A DNA stretch of 64,000 nt from a virus: positions 32,001 through 96,000 of the IMG/VR virus record IMGVR_UViG_3300047200_000500; one strand, given 5' to 3'. The notes beneath the pieces are model-generated. The model worked only from the letters and a program-made list of their open reading frames with translations, had not been told where the DNA came from and ran no database searches. Made by a program: the position numbers and the translations under genes. Each line of letters opens with the position of its first letter. Within the stretch, counting starts at the first letter, position 1. Positions 28,073 to 39,300 of the stretch are shown here, in pieces.

Positions 28073-30298
28073 ATGAAAATAAATGACAATATCAATAAGA
28101 TATATACAAAGTTTAATCGTGAACGTTTGCAATCGTCATTGTTCACACGTTATCCTGGACATTATAGAGCATTAGTTGTTGAAACAAATGATCCATTAAA
28201 CATGCATAGAATCCGGTTTATAATGCCGGAGCAACACAATTTTGATCTTAAGGATAAACCAGAAAGTTGTCCGTGGGCTGTCCCAGCATTTCCACATGGT
28301 GGAAAGGGTGCTGGAGCATGGTACAGTCCATGTATCGGGGATTATGTTTGGATAGCTTTTGAAAAACAACATCCTTATGGCCCAATTTGGATAGGCCATG
28401 CTGAACCTACAAGACGTAGATTTTATAAATTACATGCTTTATTTCATAAGTCTAATGTTTATGTTGATGACGAGGGTAAGCCAAAAGATATTGATAAGAT
28501 AGATTGGGAAGATACATATCTCTCAAAAGATAATAGACCATATTCGCAGGGATTAAAAGACAGATATGGTAACATGTTTTTAATGGAAATGACTGGTTTT
28601 CATCCAGTAGAACACGAAAAGAAAGCTGCGACTGCTGGATCTGATGCCATAAAAAATTCTCCACAAGCATATAATGAACAATTAGAACAGCCTAAGAATA
28701 ATAATCCAGATTTAAAAATGATGGCGTTGGTTTCTAAATATGGCCATTATTTTGTAGTTGGTGATCAGGGATATGATTGGAAGTCAGAATTTGATGGCGA
28801 TTTTGATAAAGACCACGATAAAGAAAAAACAAGAACTAGTAACCTTAAAAAATTACTGAATGAAAATGAACCAGATAGTTCAAATAAAGATCAAAGAAGA
28901 GTTGAAATAAGAACTAGTTATGGTCATAAATTTGAATTAAGAGATGTTGGATGGTCATCTAAAAAAGGATGGGCAGCTAGTAGTGGTGCAGTCGAATCGC
29001 AAAGCAGACCAGACGATTTATTTGCTAATTCTAATCGTCAATCGTTAGACGACAAATTGGATGAGAGATGGATTAAACTGCGCACTAAAGGTGGAATGTT
29101 GTTACAATTTATGGATATGGGTTTTAACCCAAAGGAGGATGATTTTATAAAACGTTCAAGAGTTGAGGAAATTGGCGGTAAAGTTGATGAGGAAGAAAAT
29201 AATTGGCAAGATCGTGATGCTAGACAAATGAGGTTTATAACCAGATGGGGAACTAAATTTGTACTTGATGATCGTGGAAGTGATGAGAGTCAAGCTGACA
29301 CGAAAGAATCAAAACATGCTAATGGTTGGCTTATTAAAGGAAGAAGAAAAGCAACTTGGACTAATTTTTTAAATAATGCAGATGATGAAAGTTTAAAGAA
29401 TAGAGTATTAAAAAAAGTAGATCGCTCATCACCAGCTTATACTCCAAAACATAAAGATATATCAACTGAGTTAGGATTTGGAATTGATGTTAATGAGAAA
29501 AATGAATTAAATAGAATGTTATTGTATACACCAATGGCTAAAGCTATTGAATTAAATGATAGATTCGGATATGTCTTTATAACCACTGATATGCCAAAAT
29601 CAATAAGTAGACCATGGATGTACAAAAAAGAAAATGAATTTGCAACTGCCATATGTATGGGATGTGATGATCCTGAAAATAACACACATTGTCTGAAGTT
29701 AGATAGGTCTAATACATATAATGTATTATCAACACCACTTGATCAATCTTGGGAGGCAAGAGATGGATTTGATCCTTCATTAGAAGGATTCATGGAAGCA
29801 CGCGATATGGATAATCGTGCTTTGATTATGAGCAAATATTTACAACTTGCCGCATTACATGACCCGACAATATTAAAATATTTAGTTCTAGATGATTCAA
29901 CTGCTTTTATATTATTGCATAATGTTCAAAATAAAATTCAAATTTTTTCTTCAGCTGATGTTGAAATAAAGTCCGCTGCCAATATAAGATTGGATTCTGC
30001 ATCTGATACTACTATTAAATGTTCTAAGTTCATTGTCAATGCTAGTGGTACTGAGTTTGTGGTTGATGGCCAAGGATTTGGTTCAAACAATCCAATGTTT
30101 GCACCAGAAAGTCATGCTCTTCATATCGGTACTATGATAGGTCCAGGTGCTGGTCCAAGTTCTCCCAAGGGTGGTACTGCTCCGCCTGTAACCAAGGAGA
30201 AAACACCAAATATGATACCGGCATTTAGAAAGAATAAAGTTAATGGCCCTTACAATGATGTATCAGAAGAGATAATTAAGGGTGAGGAACAAATTTAA
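28073..30298 (+). CDS. baseplate hub / central spike protein (gp5/VgrG-like OB fold)
   Basis: YRALVVETNDPLNMHRIR..PE, WAVPAFP.GG, P.IGDYVWIAFE.....PIWIG; beta-helix-like C-terminus. Confidence 0.85.
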   Translation: MKINDNINKIYTKFNRERLQSSLFTRYPGHYRALVVETNDPLNMHRIRFIMPEQHNFDLKDKPESCPWAVPAFPHGGKGAGAWYSPCIGDYVWIAFEKQHPYGPIWIGHAEPTRRRFYKLHALFHKSNVYVDDEGKPKDIDKIDWEDTYLSKDNRPYSQGLKDRYGNMFLMEMTGFHPVEHEKKAATAGSDAIKNSPQAYNEQLEQPKNNNPDLKMMALVSKYGHYFVVGDQGYDWKSEFDGDFDKDHDKEKTRTSNLKKLLNENEPDSSNKDQRRVEIRTSYGHKFELRDVGWSSKKGWAASSGAVESQSRPDDLFANSNRQSLDDKLDERWIKLRTKGGMLLQFMDMGFNPKEDDFIKRSRVEEIGGKVDEEENNWQDRDARQMRFITRWGTKFVLDDRGSDESQADTKESKHANGWLIKGRRKATWTNFLNNADDESLKNRVLKKVDRSSPAYTPKHKDISTELGFGIDVNEKNELNRMLLYTPMAKAIELNDRFGYVFITTDMPKSISRPWMYKKENEFATAICMGCDDPENNTHCLKLDRSNTYNVLSTPLDQSWEARDGFDPSLEGFMEARDMDNRALIMSKYLQLAALHDPTILKYLVLDDSTAFILLHNVQNKIQIFSSADVEIKSAANIRLDSASDTTIKCSKFIVNASGTEFVVDGQGFGSNNPMFAPESHALHIGTMIGPGAGPSSPKGGTAPPVTKEKTPNMIPAFRKNKVNGPYNDVSEEIIKGEEQI

Positions 30299-30302
30299 TT
30301 AA

Positions 30303-31010
30303 ATGATCATTAATTTTCCAACAGCATTATACACATCGGTATTACCGGGGATTAATCAACCTGGGAATATAACTTATACTATATCAAATCAAAACCCGCC
30401 CAAATCGACCAGTACATTTTTACAACTTCCAAGAACTGAAGAAATTAGAAAATCACCTCAAGCAACATATACAAAATCAGAAAAACGAAAATTCTATAGT
30501 GATCTTATATTTAACATAACCATTCCATCATTATCAACTGAGGGTAATGGGTCTAATACATTCGAAATAGGTCAATTTTTAGATTTTACAGATAATACCG
30601 AAGTGCAATCTGATCCATATTCTCTTGCATCAATAGAATTAAGACAAGACACTGGTGTCGTTAATTATAAAAAGTATGGCCTAAGCAAGAGTGAATATGA
30701 TAATATTGTTAATATAGCTGAACAAAAGATGAATGATATATCTGATGAAATAAATGTGGTAGGAACTAGATTAAATGATAATAAAGAAAATATCTCTTCT
30801 AATCAATCAGATATAAATGAATCAACTAAGCTTTATGATAATATCGTTTTAGTTTTGGGTTCTGATAGCGATGAAGCAAAGAAAGTTCAAAGTAAAATTG
30901 ATGGATACAATCAATTAAAAGCAGATTTATTAACAGAAAGAGATAATCTTTTAACCAATCTTGATGCACTTAGAACCGATTTATCCAAGATTCGTGAGGT
31001 TGTAAGATAA
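30303..31010 (+). CDS. hypothetical coiled-coil protein in baseplate cluster
   Basis: 235 aa between gp5-like and gp25-like genes. Confidence 0.6.
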   Translation: MIINFPTALYTSVLPGINQPGNITYTISNQNPPKSTSTFLQLPRTEEIRKSPQATYTKSEKRKFYSDLIFNITIPSLSTEGNGSNTFEIGQFLDFTDNTEVQSDPYSLASIELRQDTGVVNYKKYGLSKSEYDNIVNIAEQKMNDISDEINVVGTRLNDNKENISSNQSDINESTKLYDNIVLVLGSDSDEAKKVQSKIDGYNQLKADLLTERDNLLTNLDALRTDLSKIREVVR

Positions 31011-31420
31011 TGGCTAAACTGTGGGGCACTAATTTTCCTTTTTATAAAGGAAATACTCTTCTTGGAACTACTAATAAAGTGTTACCAAGACAGGAAGATT
31101 ATAGATTAATAAGAAATGATTATTTACAAGGATTAATGACCATTAAAGGTGAAAGATGGTATAGGCCAGACTTTGGTGGTGATATTCCAAGACTTCAATT
31201 TGACCCAAATGATGTTAATAGCAGAACTGCTATCGAAGATACTATTAGAGAATATACTATCAAATACCACCCAATGATAAGATTGTCAAATATTCAAATT
31301 GATGATGACATTAATGTTCCAAATAAAGTTGGAATTAAAATATATGGTAAGTGGGAAGTAACATCAGCTATGAGCGATCAACTTTTGGCAAGCATAATTA
31401 TCCCAGTCACAGGAGTATGA
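31010..31420 (+). CDS. baseplate wedge / sheath initiator (gp25-like)
   Basis: LMTIKGERWYRPDFG...QFDPND...I...YHPMI. Confidence 0.88.
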   Translation: MAKLWGTNFPFYKGNTLLGTTNKVLPRQEDYRLIRNDYLQGLMTIKGERWYRPDFGGDIPRLQFDPNDVNSRTAIEDTIREYTIKYHPMIRLSNIQIDDDINVPNKVGIKIYGKWEVTSAMSDQLLASIIIPVTGV

Positions 31421-31423
31421 TAA

Positions 31424-33145
31424 ATGGCCGTTACTACTGATACTATAAATGTTGCAATAGTATTGCCAGATTCCCCAGAGGAAGTTGGTGTAGTTTTACC
31501 ATCGTCTAGTTTAAGACGTATTGATTTTTCTGCACTAGAATTTGAAACCGCTAGAAGAATGGCGATTGAATATGTAAAAACTTACTTCAGTGCTGACTTT
31601 AATGATTTTGTTCTCAGCAATGGTACAATAATGTTTGTTGAACTTGTTTCCGCTATGACTGGAATATTATCAGAACGTTCTGATATAGTTGCTGATGAAG
31701 CTTTTTTACCGACTGCCCAATCAAGAACTGCCGTTTCTCAGCATTTGGAATTAATTGGCCAAACATTAACAGTTGCTTCTCCTGCTGTAGCTGACATAGA
31801 ATGTACAATTGGCACTCCTTCATCTTTTGATATAGCTATCCCACCTGGCTTGATATTTTCTTTAACTGGACCAGATGGTAGCCCGTTAACTTATGAATTA
31901 TTTAGATCACCAGGAGATTATAGTAGTGATATTGTAATTCCACGTGGTAAAAGAGGGATAGTTGCATTTGCTATCGAAGGACAATTTGGTTCAGATGTTA
32001 CAATTACTTCTGACGGTACAGCGAATCAATATGTCGATATATTAAAAAACAATGTTTTAGATGATCCAATCATTGTTCACATTGAAACTGGGTCAAGTTC
32101 TACAGAATGGACTAGAATTGATTTCTTAGAAAAAGCTGATGCTAATTCTGAAGTTTTTGAAGTGACACATCTTGATGATCGTACAAGAGTCATGTTTGGC
32201 GATAACAGTAATGGTAAGATACCAATTGATGGTCAATTAATAAGAATTAGTTATAGAATAGGTGGTGGAATAAGAGGGAGAATAGGTGGCAATACAATTA
32301 ATGAGAGCAGGACTATAAGTGGTAGTCAATTTGCAGCTACTACTGTCTCATTTAACAATTCTTCTCCATCTCGTGGTGGATATGATGATGAAAACTTAGA
32401 TGATGCGAAAAAACGCGCTCCAAGAGAATTTGCTACCCATAATAACATAGCGACTTCTGATGATTACGTATTTGTTTCATCTACATTTAAACACCCTGTA
32501 TATGGTGCAGTTTCTAAATCTGTCGCAGTTGTCAGAACTGGTATCGAATATGGCAATCCGGCAGATGGAGACACTAATTTAGATTATGTCGTTCAACAAA
32601 TACGTGCTGCTCCCACAGTTGAAGAAGCTAAGCAATATCTATTAGCAAATTACGTTAATAAAAATGTTGTTGACATGTTTTTATTACAAGAAGGTGACAA
32701 TTTACCAATAATTCCAAGTATTGGACTTAAGACAGCGCTTAGTAATTATATTTCAACTCTTAATGTGTTTACAGATGAACTTAGAATTAATGATGGGTCA
32801 CTCTTACCTGTTAATTTGGAATTAACTGTTGTATTAACAAGAAATGCTGATGCGGCAACAGTCAAAAGTCAGGTATTATTTGCTATAAATAATGTGTTTG
32901 ATTTAACTAATAGAAATATGGGCCAAGAATTTAACAGAAGTGATCTAATATATGGAATAAAAAATGTTGATGGTGTTAAATCAGTTGACATGTTTAATCC
33001 TACTGATGATTACCCGCCACTTAGAAGAATTGTAACTAAAGATGAAAGGGCAGCTAATATTCAAGGAGTTGGCGTTAACGAATTAATAGTACTTGGTTCA
33101 CAAAATATCCAGTTTTATCTTGAACAAGGTAATATTAACATATAA
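31424..33145 (+). CDS. baseplate wedge subunit (gp6 / baseplate J-like)
   Basis: DFSALEFE, DFNDF, EAFLPTAQSR, MFGDNSNGKIP, YRIGGG, GG.DDE.LD..K.RAP..F......T..DY. Confidence 0.9.
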   Translation: MAVTTDTINVAIVLPDSPEEVGVVLPSSSLRRIDFSALEFETARRMAIEYVKTYFSADFNDFVLSNGTIMFVELVSAMTGILSERSDIVADEAFLPTAQSRTAVSQHLELIGQTLTVASPAVADIECTIGTPSSFDIAIPPGLIFSLTGPDGSPLTYELFRSPGDYSSDIVIPRGKRGIVAFAIEGQFGSDVTITSDGTANQYVDILKNNVLDDPIIVHIETGSSSTEWTRIDFLEKADANSEVFEVTHLDDRTRVMFGDNSNGKIPIDGQLIRISYRIGGGIRGRIGGNTINESRTISGSQFAATTVSFNNSSPSRGGYDDENLDDAKKRAPREFATHNNIATSDDYVFVSSTFKHPVYGAVSKSVAVVRTGIEYGNPADGDTNLDYVVQQIRAAPTVEEAKQYLLANYVNKNVVDMFLLQEGDNLPIIPSIGLKTALSNYISTLNVFTDELRINDGSLLPVNLELTVVLTRNADAATVKSQVLFAINNVFDLTNRNMGQEFNRSDLIYGIKNVDGVKSVDMFNPTDDYPPLRRIVTKDERAANIQGVGVNELIVLGSQNIQFYLEQGNINI

Positions 33146-33146
33146 T

Positions 33147-33425
33147 ATGACCACATCATCAACATTTTGTCGTAAAGCTATTAATTTGAATTTTGTCCAT
33201 GCTAGGATTCCGCTGATAAAAAAAGATATTAAAAATACTGCCATGTATTCTGATGTTTTTCCAGTAATAAAGAATACTTATTTTAATGTTCATGCTGATG
33301 GAATATTTTCCGAGTTATTACACCTTGTTGATACTATCCCATGTTCTGATAATAATTTAATTGCACTTGGTGTTATTAATCAATACAATGATAGTCAGTC
33401 TAATATTTCAGACATTGATAATTAG
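33147..33425 (+). CDS. hypothetical protein
   Basis: In-frame ATG at 33147 right after the gp6-like stop. Confidence 0.45.
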   Translation: MTTSSTFCRKAINLNFVHARIPLIKKDIKNTAMYSDVFPVIKNTYFNVHADGIFSELLHLVDTIPCSDNNLIALGVINQYNDSQSNISDIDN

Positions 33426-33442
33426 TATATCAAAAATAATTC

Positions 33443-34180
33443 ATGGCTATAATAGGACCATCTGAAGGGCCAGCAGTATTAAAAATTGATAGTAATCCTA
33501 TCAAAGCTGAAGTGTTGTCTCATTTTGGTCATCCTACTATTCGTGTTGAGTTGGATGAAACAGCACTTGAAATGATATTAAGAACAGCTGGTGATTTGAT
33601 GGCTGGCTATTTTCCATTTGAAGAAAAAAGAGCCTATTTTTATACAAAACCATTAGTTGATGAATATCCTCTTCCAAAAGATGCATATTGGATCAAGGAT
33701 GTAAAATGGGATCCATCAATAACAAGGGTTGGTGATATTTTTGGCGCTGAAAGTTATTTATTTAATGTAGGTAATGTAACAGGTATCCAGAATTTACTTC
33801 TTGATTATCACTTACTTCAATCATATCGTAAATTTAGCCAGAGAATGCTTGCAACTGAAGGTCAATGGGAAGTTAAAGGTGACAATTTAATTAAACTTGT
33901 TCCGATTCCTAGGGGTGCGTTTCCAGTATTTGTTGAATATTTTCCTGCAGTTAATCAATGGCGCACACCGGCAGCTAGAGAATTGACACGCAGACTTGTA
34001 ATAGCCGAAGCTTCAATGATATTAGGCAATATTAGAACTAAACGTGCTCTTCCATTACCTGATGGTGGAACATCTACTTTTGGTGGTGAAACGTTATTTG
34101 CTAAGGGATATGAAGAAAGAGAAAAGGTTTATAAAGAGGCATTACTACTTGGGGAGCCACCTGGCATATACGCTTTGTGA
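33443..34180 (+). CDS. neck protein (gp13-like head-tail adaptor)
   Basis: FGHPTIRVELDE, A.A..ILG.IR.K..LP.PDG.....GE.L...G. Confidence 0.85.
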   Translation: MAIIGPSEGPAVLKIDSNPIKAEVLSHFGHPTIRVELDETALEMILRTAGDLMAGYFPFEEKRAYFYTKPLVDEYPLPKDAYWIKDVKWDPSITRVGDIFGAESYLFNVGNVTGIQNLLLDYHLLQSYRKFSQRMLATEGQWEVKGDNLIKLVPIPRGAFPVFVEYFPAVNQWRTPAARELTRRLVIAEASMILGNIRTKRALPLPDGGTSTFGGETLFAKGYEEREKVYKEALLLGEPPGIYAL

Positions 34181-34227
34181 TTATTGATATTTAATGTTTC
34201 AAATTTAGTGTATATAAAAAATAAATT

Positions 34228-34677
34228 ATGGACACTAAATTATTAAGCAAATTAAATAAATGTGTTACTTATAATGACATATTATTACTATCTGAAGATT
34301 TGTACAGTAGTGGGATTTTAATCCAGAGAACTAATTCGAATAAAATCATTTTGTGCGTTGTAAATGAAAAAGGTAGGGTCAGCTGTAATAAAATATTTGA
34401 AGATTTTGTTCCATTGACATCATGTGGAAATGAAGGCGGAATGCTGCCAAATAAAATATTGTTAAATATTATAGAATTTGTTAATAATATCAAGGATGCG
34501 GTCAAAATAAATAATCAAATTATTAATGTAAATGCTATGTATGGAACATCTTTAAGTAGATTGTCAATAAATAATGAAGCAGAAAAATCAATGGTTGAAG
34601 AACTTAAAAATGCATTATTGATCGATGATGTTGATGCTATTTCAAGAAGTTGCAATGGTGAATATGATGAAATATAG
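34228..34677 (+). CDS. hypothetical protein
   Basis: 149-aa ORF. Confidence 0.55.
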   Translation: MDTKLLSKLNKCVTYNDILLLSEDLYSSGILIQRTNSNKIILCVVNEKGRVSCNKIFEDFVPLTSCGNEGGMLPNKILLNIIEFVNNIKDAVKINNQIINVNAMYGTSLSRLSINNEAEKSMVEELKNALLIDDVDAISRSCNGEYDEI

Positions 34678-35008
34678 ATTTACTGTTCCAAAGTCAAGAG
34701 GAATACCGCAATCTGCTGCTATAAATCCTGACACTACTGCGGTGATTACTAATGATTTGTTTTTACATTTACTGTTTGGTAGGATAGCTGCTTCTGATAA
34801 TAGCACACATGAACTTAATACCAAATATGATCCAGAAACTGATGTTTTATCATTAGAAATACCAGATGAATTTATTGATCTAATAGAAAAGATTAAAAAA
34901 GATCAGAAATTACAGAGATTTATCGATTGGTTGGTGTCAGGTTTAGCAGCAAGTTCTATTTCATATGATAATAGCACATCTGGATTAATTGCTCAAAATT
35001 TACAATAG
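34664..35008 (+). CDS. N-terminal part of a fibre-like virion protein (stops mid-motif)
   Basis: Ends ASSISYDNSTSGLIAQNLQ*, an apparently truncated phage fibre motif. Confidence 0.55.
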   Translation: MMKYRFTVPKSRGIPQSAAINPDTTAVITNDLFLHLLFGRIAASDNSTHELNTKYDPETDVLSLEIPDEFIDLIEKIKKDQKLQRFIDWLVSGLAASSISYDNSTSGLIAQNLQ

Positions 35009-36168
35009 CTCCTTTAGTAAATTATCAACTAACCGCTAATGAATACAGTTATGTAGTTGTCAATTATAATAATGGGATTCCAATATATCAGGTTGTCACT
35101 AATAACACATTAATAAATCATGCAGATATTATTGCTGTTTGTAATGTCATATGGGAATCTGTTGGATTAATTAATGAAGCACACATATTTAATGTTGGAG
35201 AATATGGCCTAGGTTTAACAAATAAAGTAAGTCATAGATTAATTCATACTGAAAGATTTGGATATCAAAATGGTTTGATGCTTGAAGAAATACCAACAAG
35301 ATATATTACTATTGATGATGGCACTATTTGGTATGATGGTGAAGAAATCGTTCTTTCTCCTATAGATACATCAGCTACTAATTATCATCTTTATTATCAT
35401 TCTGCTCCAAATGTTTGGACAGCGGAACATAGAAGTCAGTATCCAAACACTGAGTATGATGATAACACTGGTGGATTAAAGACACTGGATAATAATAAAT
35501 GGGGTGTTATTTGGGTTTATCGTGGCATCACAGGCAGTGATGTTTATGTTGTTCTTGGTGGAGCAAGCTACAATCATCTTCTTGATGTCCAGTCAACTCA
35601 ACCACCAGCGAGTTTACCATCTGTAATTGCAAAACAAGCTGTGCTTGTTGGTAGAATTATTATTAAAAAGAGTGATACTACAGCCACTCAGATAGACTCA
35701 TCTTTTAGTGTTATTTTCACTCCATCCGGTGTTATATCACATAACGATTTATCTGATATTCAAGGTGGTACAACTAATCAATATTACCATTTAACAAATC
35801 GACAGGCAACTGGATTAATCACTAAAACTGTTACGTTTGTGATCGATGGTGGAAGTTCAGTTCCTTTAATTGGAGCATATGCATCTATAGTTATTCCATT
35901 TGCTGGAACTATAACTGGATGGAAGATTGTCTTAGATGTGTCTGGGTCTTGTGTGTTAGATCTCTGGAAACTCAATGCAGCTAAACCAACTATTGCTAAT
36001 ACTATTACGGCAGCGGCAAAACCAACATTGGTTACTTCAGCATATGTTGCATCGTCTACGTTAACTGGTTGGACAACGGCAGTGGTGGTGAATGACATCA
36101 TGACAATAAATTTAGATTCAGTAACCACTTGCAAGAGAATAACATTGCAATTGGAGATTGCAATCTAA
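34975..36168 (+). CDS. fibre-like virion protein, C-terminal part (frame open from 34975; no canonical start before 35275)
   Basis: Manual translation upstream of the ORF-track start is stop-free and protein-like (FTIAPLVNYQLTANEYSYVVVNYNNGIP...HRLIHTERFG); HNDLSDIQGG..YYHL; C-terminal FVIDGG...PFAGTITGW...GS.V.DLWK. Confidence 0.65.
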   Translation, partial: HIWINCSKFTIAPLVNYQLTANEYSYVVVNYNNGIPIYQVVTNNTLINHADIIAVCNVIWESVGLINEAHIFNVGEYGLGLTNKVSHRLIHTERFGYQNGLMLEEIPTRYITIDDGTIWYDGEEIVLSPIDTSATNYHLYYHSAPNVWTAEHRSQYPNTEYDDNTGGLKTLDNNKWGVIWVYRGITGSDVYVVLGGASYNHLLDVQSTQPPASLPSVIAKQAVLVGRIIIKKSDTTATQIDSSFSVIFTPSGVISHNDLSDIQGGTTNQYYHLTNRQATGLITKTVTFVIDGGSSVPLIGAYASIVIPFAGTITGWKIVLDVSGSCVLDLWKLNAAKPTIANTITAAAKPTLVTSAYVASSTLTGWTTAVVVNDIMTINLDSVTTCKRITLQLEIAI

Positions 36169-36362
36169 TGCCTCTTCCATCTCAATTACTAGAAGGAGTT
36201 GCACAGTTAGTAAGAGAATGTTGCAACGAACAAAATAACTACACCCACTATGAAATGGTGACTATAGGTGAATTCAACTACAAAGTTTGTATAAAATTAT
36301 ATGATGTAGATGATGAAAAAGATGCAAAGATTACTTCTATTACCGTAAAAAGAGAAGATTGA
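36168..36362 (+). CDS. hypothetical small protein
   Basis: ATG overlapping the upstream TAA (TAATG). Confidence 0.5.
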   Translation: MPLPSQLLEGVAQLVRECCNEQNNYTHYEMVTIGEFNYKVCIKLYDVDDEKDAKITSITVKRED

Positions 36363-36365
36363 TTT

Positions 36366-39300
36366 ATGCCAGATTTTAAAACTTTAGTTTATTCCTTGAC
36401 TAAAGATGCCTCTTTAGGCAATTTTCAATTTTTATCTTCGTCAAATACCGCTTCTGATATTTTATTAAATAATGGTGCTAATTGGAGTAATCAGACCGCT
36501 AATATTACACCGCAATCAAGTGTTGCTGTTAATATATTAAATATAGCTGGAATAAATTATGGTGCTGTAGGTGCTGTATGGTATTTTGGGTCAACTGCGA
36601 AGTTCGATACTTTAGATATTCAATTCTCTAATAATACAAGCACGAACGCAACAAGAACAACTACTTGGGAATACTGGAATGGTTCAGTGTGGACTGTAAT
36701 GGATCAGACGGGTTCTACAGCAAGAGTAACTGCTTCGACAGGTGCATTTGCAATATCTAACGCTACAATTATTCAACTTAAATTTCATCCTGATATTTAC
36801 AATAATTGGTTAACAACAACAGTTAATGGTGGATCTGCACTTTACTATATAAGATGCACAATAGGAGTCGCGGCTTTTACAACAGCAGCATTTAGTAATA
36901 TAAGCATTTGGGACCATTATACTAATTTCGGTTTCAATAACTTTGATAAAGTCTACACAACAGTTGATGATGTTGCATTTACTGATGTAACTCTTGTCGC
37001 TCGATCTACTACAACTGGTGCTTTTACTTTTATTTCTAATACAACCAATGCCCGTTTTTATATTGGATTGGATAGCGATAATCTATCTGGATTTAGAGTT
37101 ACACTTTCAACAGCAGGAACTACCGGAACTGGAATTTACGAATATTGGAATGGATCAACATGGACTGCTCTTTCGTATGAGTGGTTTGGACTTTTAACGA
37201 CTGGTAATGCTGATCTTGTAAATTTAAAGACTACTAGTTCTGGATTCATAATATTTAAAGGTTCTCCTGCTGGATGGGTTACTTCTGCTGTAGATGGAGT
37301 CACGAAGTATTGGATTCGCTATAGAGTAACTCTTGCTTATGTTACTCAACCAATATTTAGTTCTTTGATTGCATTTAAAGACAGAACGCTAACAAGAACA
37401 GTATATATTCCAGAAACTTCAAATAGAAGTTTCAAAAGCGTTTTTGCTAAGATTCATTTTTATAATCCACTTACAACATCATTAGGAAGATTCATTATCC
37501 AAGGTAGACTTGGAAGTGGATCGTATATTCCTGCTACTATAGGGACATCTAATGCACCTACCGGGACATTCTCTTCAGTAGATGGGAAACTATTTTCAAC
37601 TACATCAAATGATGCTGTGTTTACTGATGAAACTTCAGATGCCTCCACATCAGGTGGTAACGATGTTACTGTAACTAATACAGTTAATTCTAATATATAT
37701 TTTGGTTTTCCAAATGATGTAAAGTGGAAGAATAATGTAATTTCATTGGCTATAACTCCGAATAATCTTTTTGATGGTGGCGTTGTTATTTGGGAATATT
37801 GGAATGGATCATCTTGGACTGCATTCACTCCAATTGTAGTTAATGCTGACATTAGTTTAAATCAAAAGGCCAATACAGTTATCAATGTTCAGATTCCATT
37901 AATTTCAAATTGGGTATCAAATACTGTAAATTCATTTACTGGTTACTTCATTCGCAGAAGAATTACAACAATTTATTCAACTGCTACTACATGGAGTAGA
38001 GTTAGTTTTAATTTACCAATAACGAATGAAACTCAGTGGACAAACACTGGTGAAAATAATTCAAATGGACTTCTTGTTGACTTAACTTCTCTATTTACAA
38101 GTCAGTTTTCTGGAGTATCACAACAACTTGATTTAAAAGTCGCTATGGAATCCGTAAATGGTATTCTAGGTGACTTTCCTATTATGTCTGGTGAGTTATA
38201 TATTACTTATGCTGCTGATAATCAAATAACTAGAATAAAAACAGTTATTATTCCATTAGACTCATCGGCATCAGTTCTAACAGGAACTCTTACAAGTATT
38301 GGAAGCAATCAGATTCCACAGCTTTCAACTTATCTTCCTGAAGCATTAAAGACCATAAGAAACTTCTATATAGTCTTTACTGGTGAAGATTGCTGTTCAG
38401 TTGGTTTATCTACAGAATTTGCCATGAGACTTGATAGTGATGCGGCAAGATATACATGGGGACAGTTTTCCAGCGGATTAACTGGAAACTTAGTGAAGTA
38501 TATCTTTACTAAAGATGATATAGCAACCGGTTCGACTCATGATATTCAAATGGCTATTACTGCACGCAATACTAGCGTAAAGAATTGGCAGATGTATGCA
38601 GTAGTTACTTATGAATATGATTCATTTGCGACAGAAAGAGTTATAAACTCATTAATGTTGCCATTTGAAACTTCAAGCACTTTCTTATCTCAAGATAATC
38701 CTTTGCTCCCAGAAAAGGTTAGAAAGAGTTTCTACATTCAAGAGCCTGGAATAATTGACAATGAAAGAATAGGATGCTACCTATCCTTTACTGATTTAGC
38801 TAATCCATTCCTAAATATAAAGGAAATGAATGAAGCTAATTTCACAGCGGTTTCTTGGATTGCACCATCAACAACTTGCGGTGGTTTCAGGTACTCTTGG
38901 AGACTTCCATCTCAGAATTTATCAAGAGGATTAAATACCATTGGCGTTGATATGTATGGGAACGCTAAGGCATCAGCAGAGCCTTCTTGTGCTTATACTT
39001 GTGGTTATTTTTTAGTAAATTATCGATCTGATATAGCTACAACAGGAATTGAATCACACAACAAGATGATCATGTGCATGGCAGCTGTCCAGAATATGAA
39101 TATTAGAGCTAACAGAGGTAATAATAATTTAACTAATCCATTTACAAATTGGTTTTTAAATGACTTTGGATTAATTGGTGAATTCTATCAAGTGACTAAT
39201 CCGAATACTTCAGTATCTATTGATAATAGATTCTCTATAGAGAACACAGTAAATACTCTTAATACGAGAGCTATTCTTGGCATTGGGGGTGGATTGCAGG

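Noticed and set aside
35006-35008. TAG read-through / alternative genetic code
   Set aside because: The continuation is in a different frame; long genes are intact under code 11, and TAG and TGA end several genes exactly at the next gene boundary
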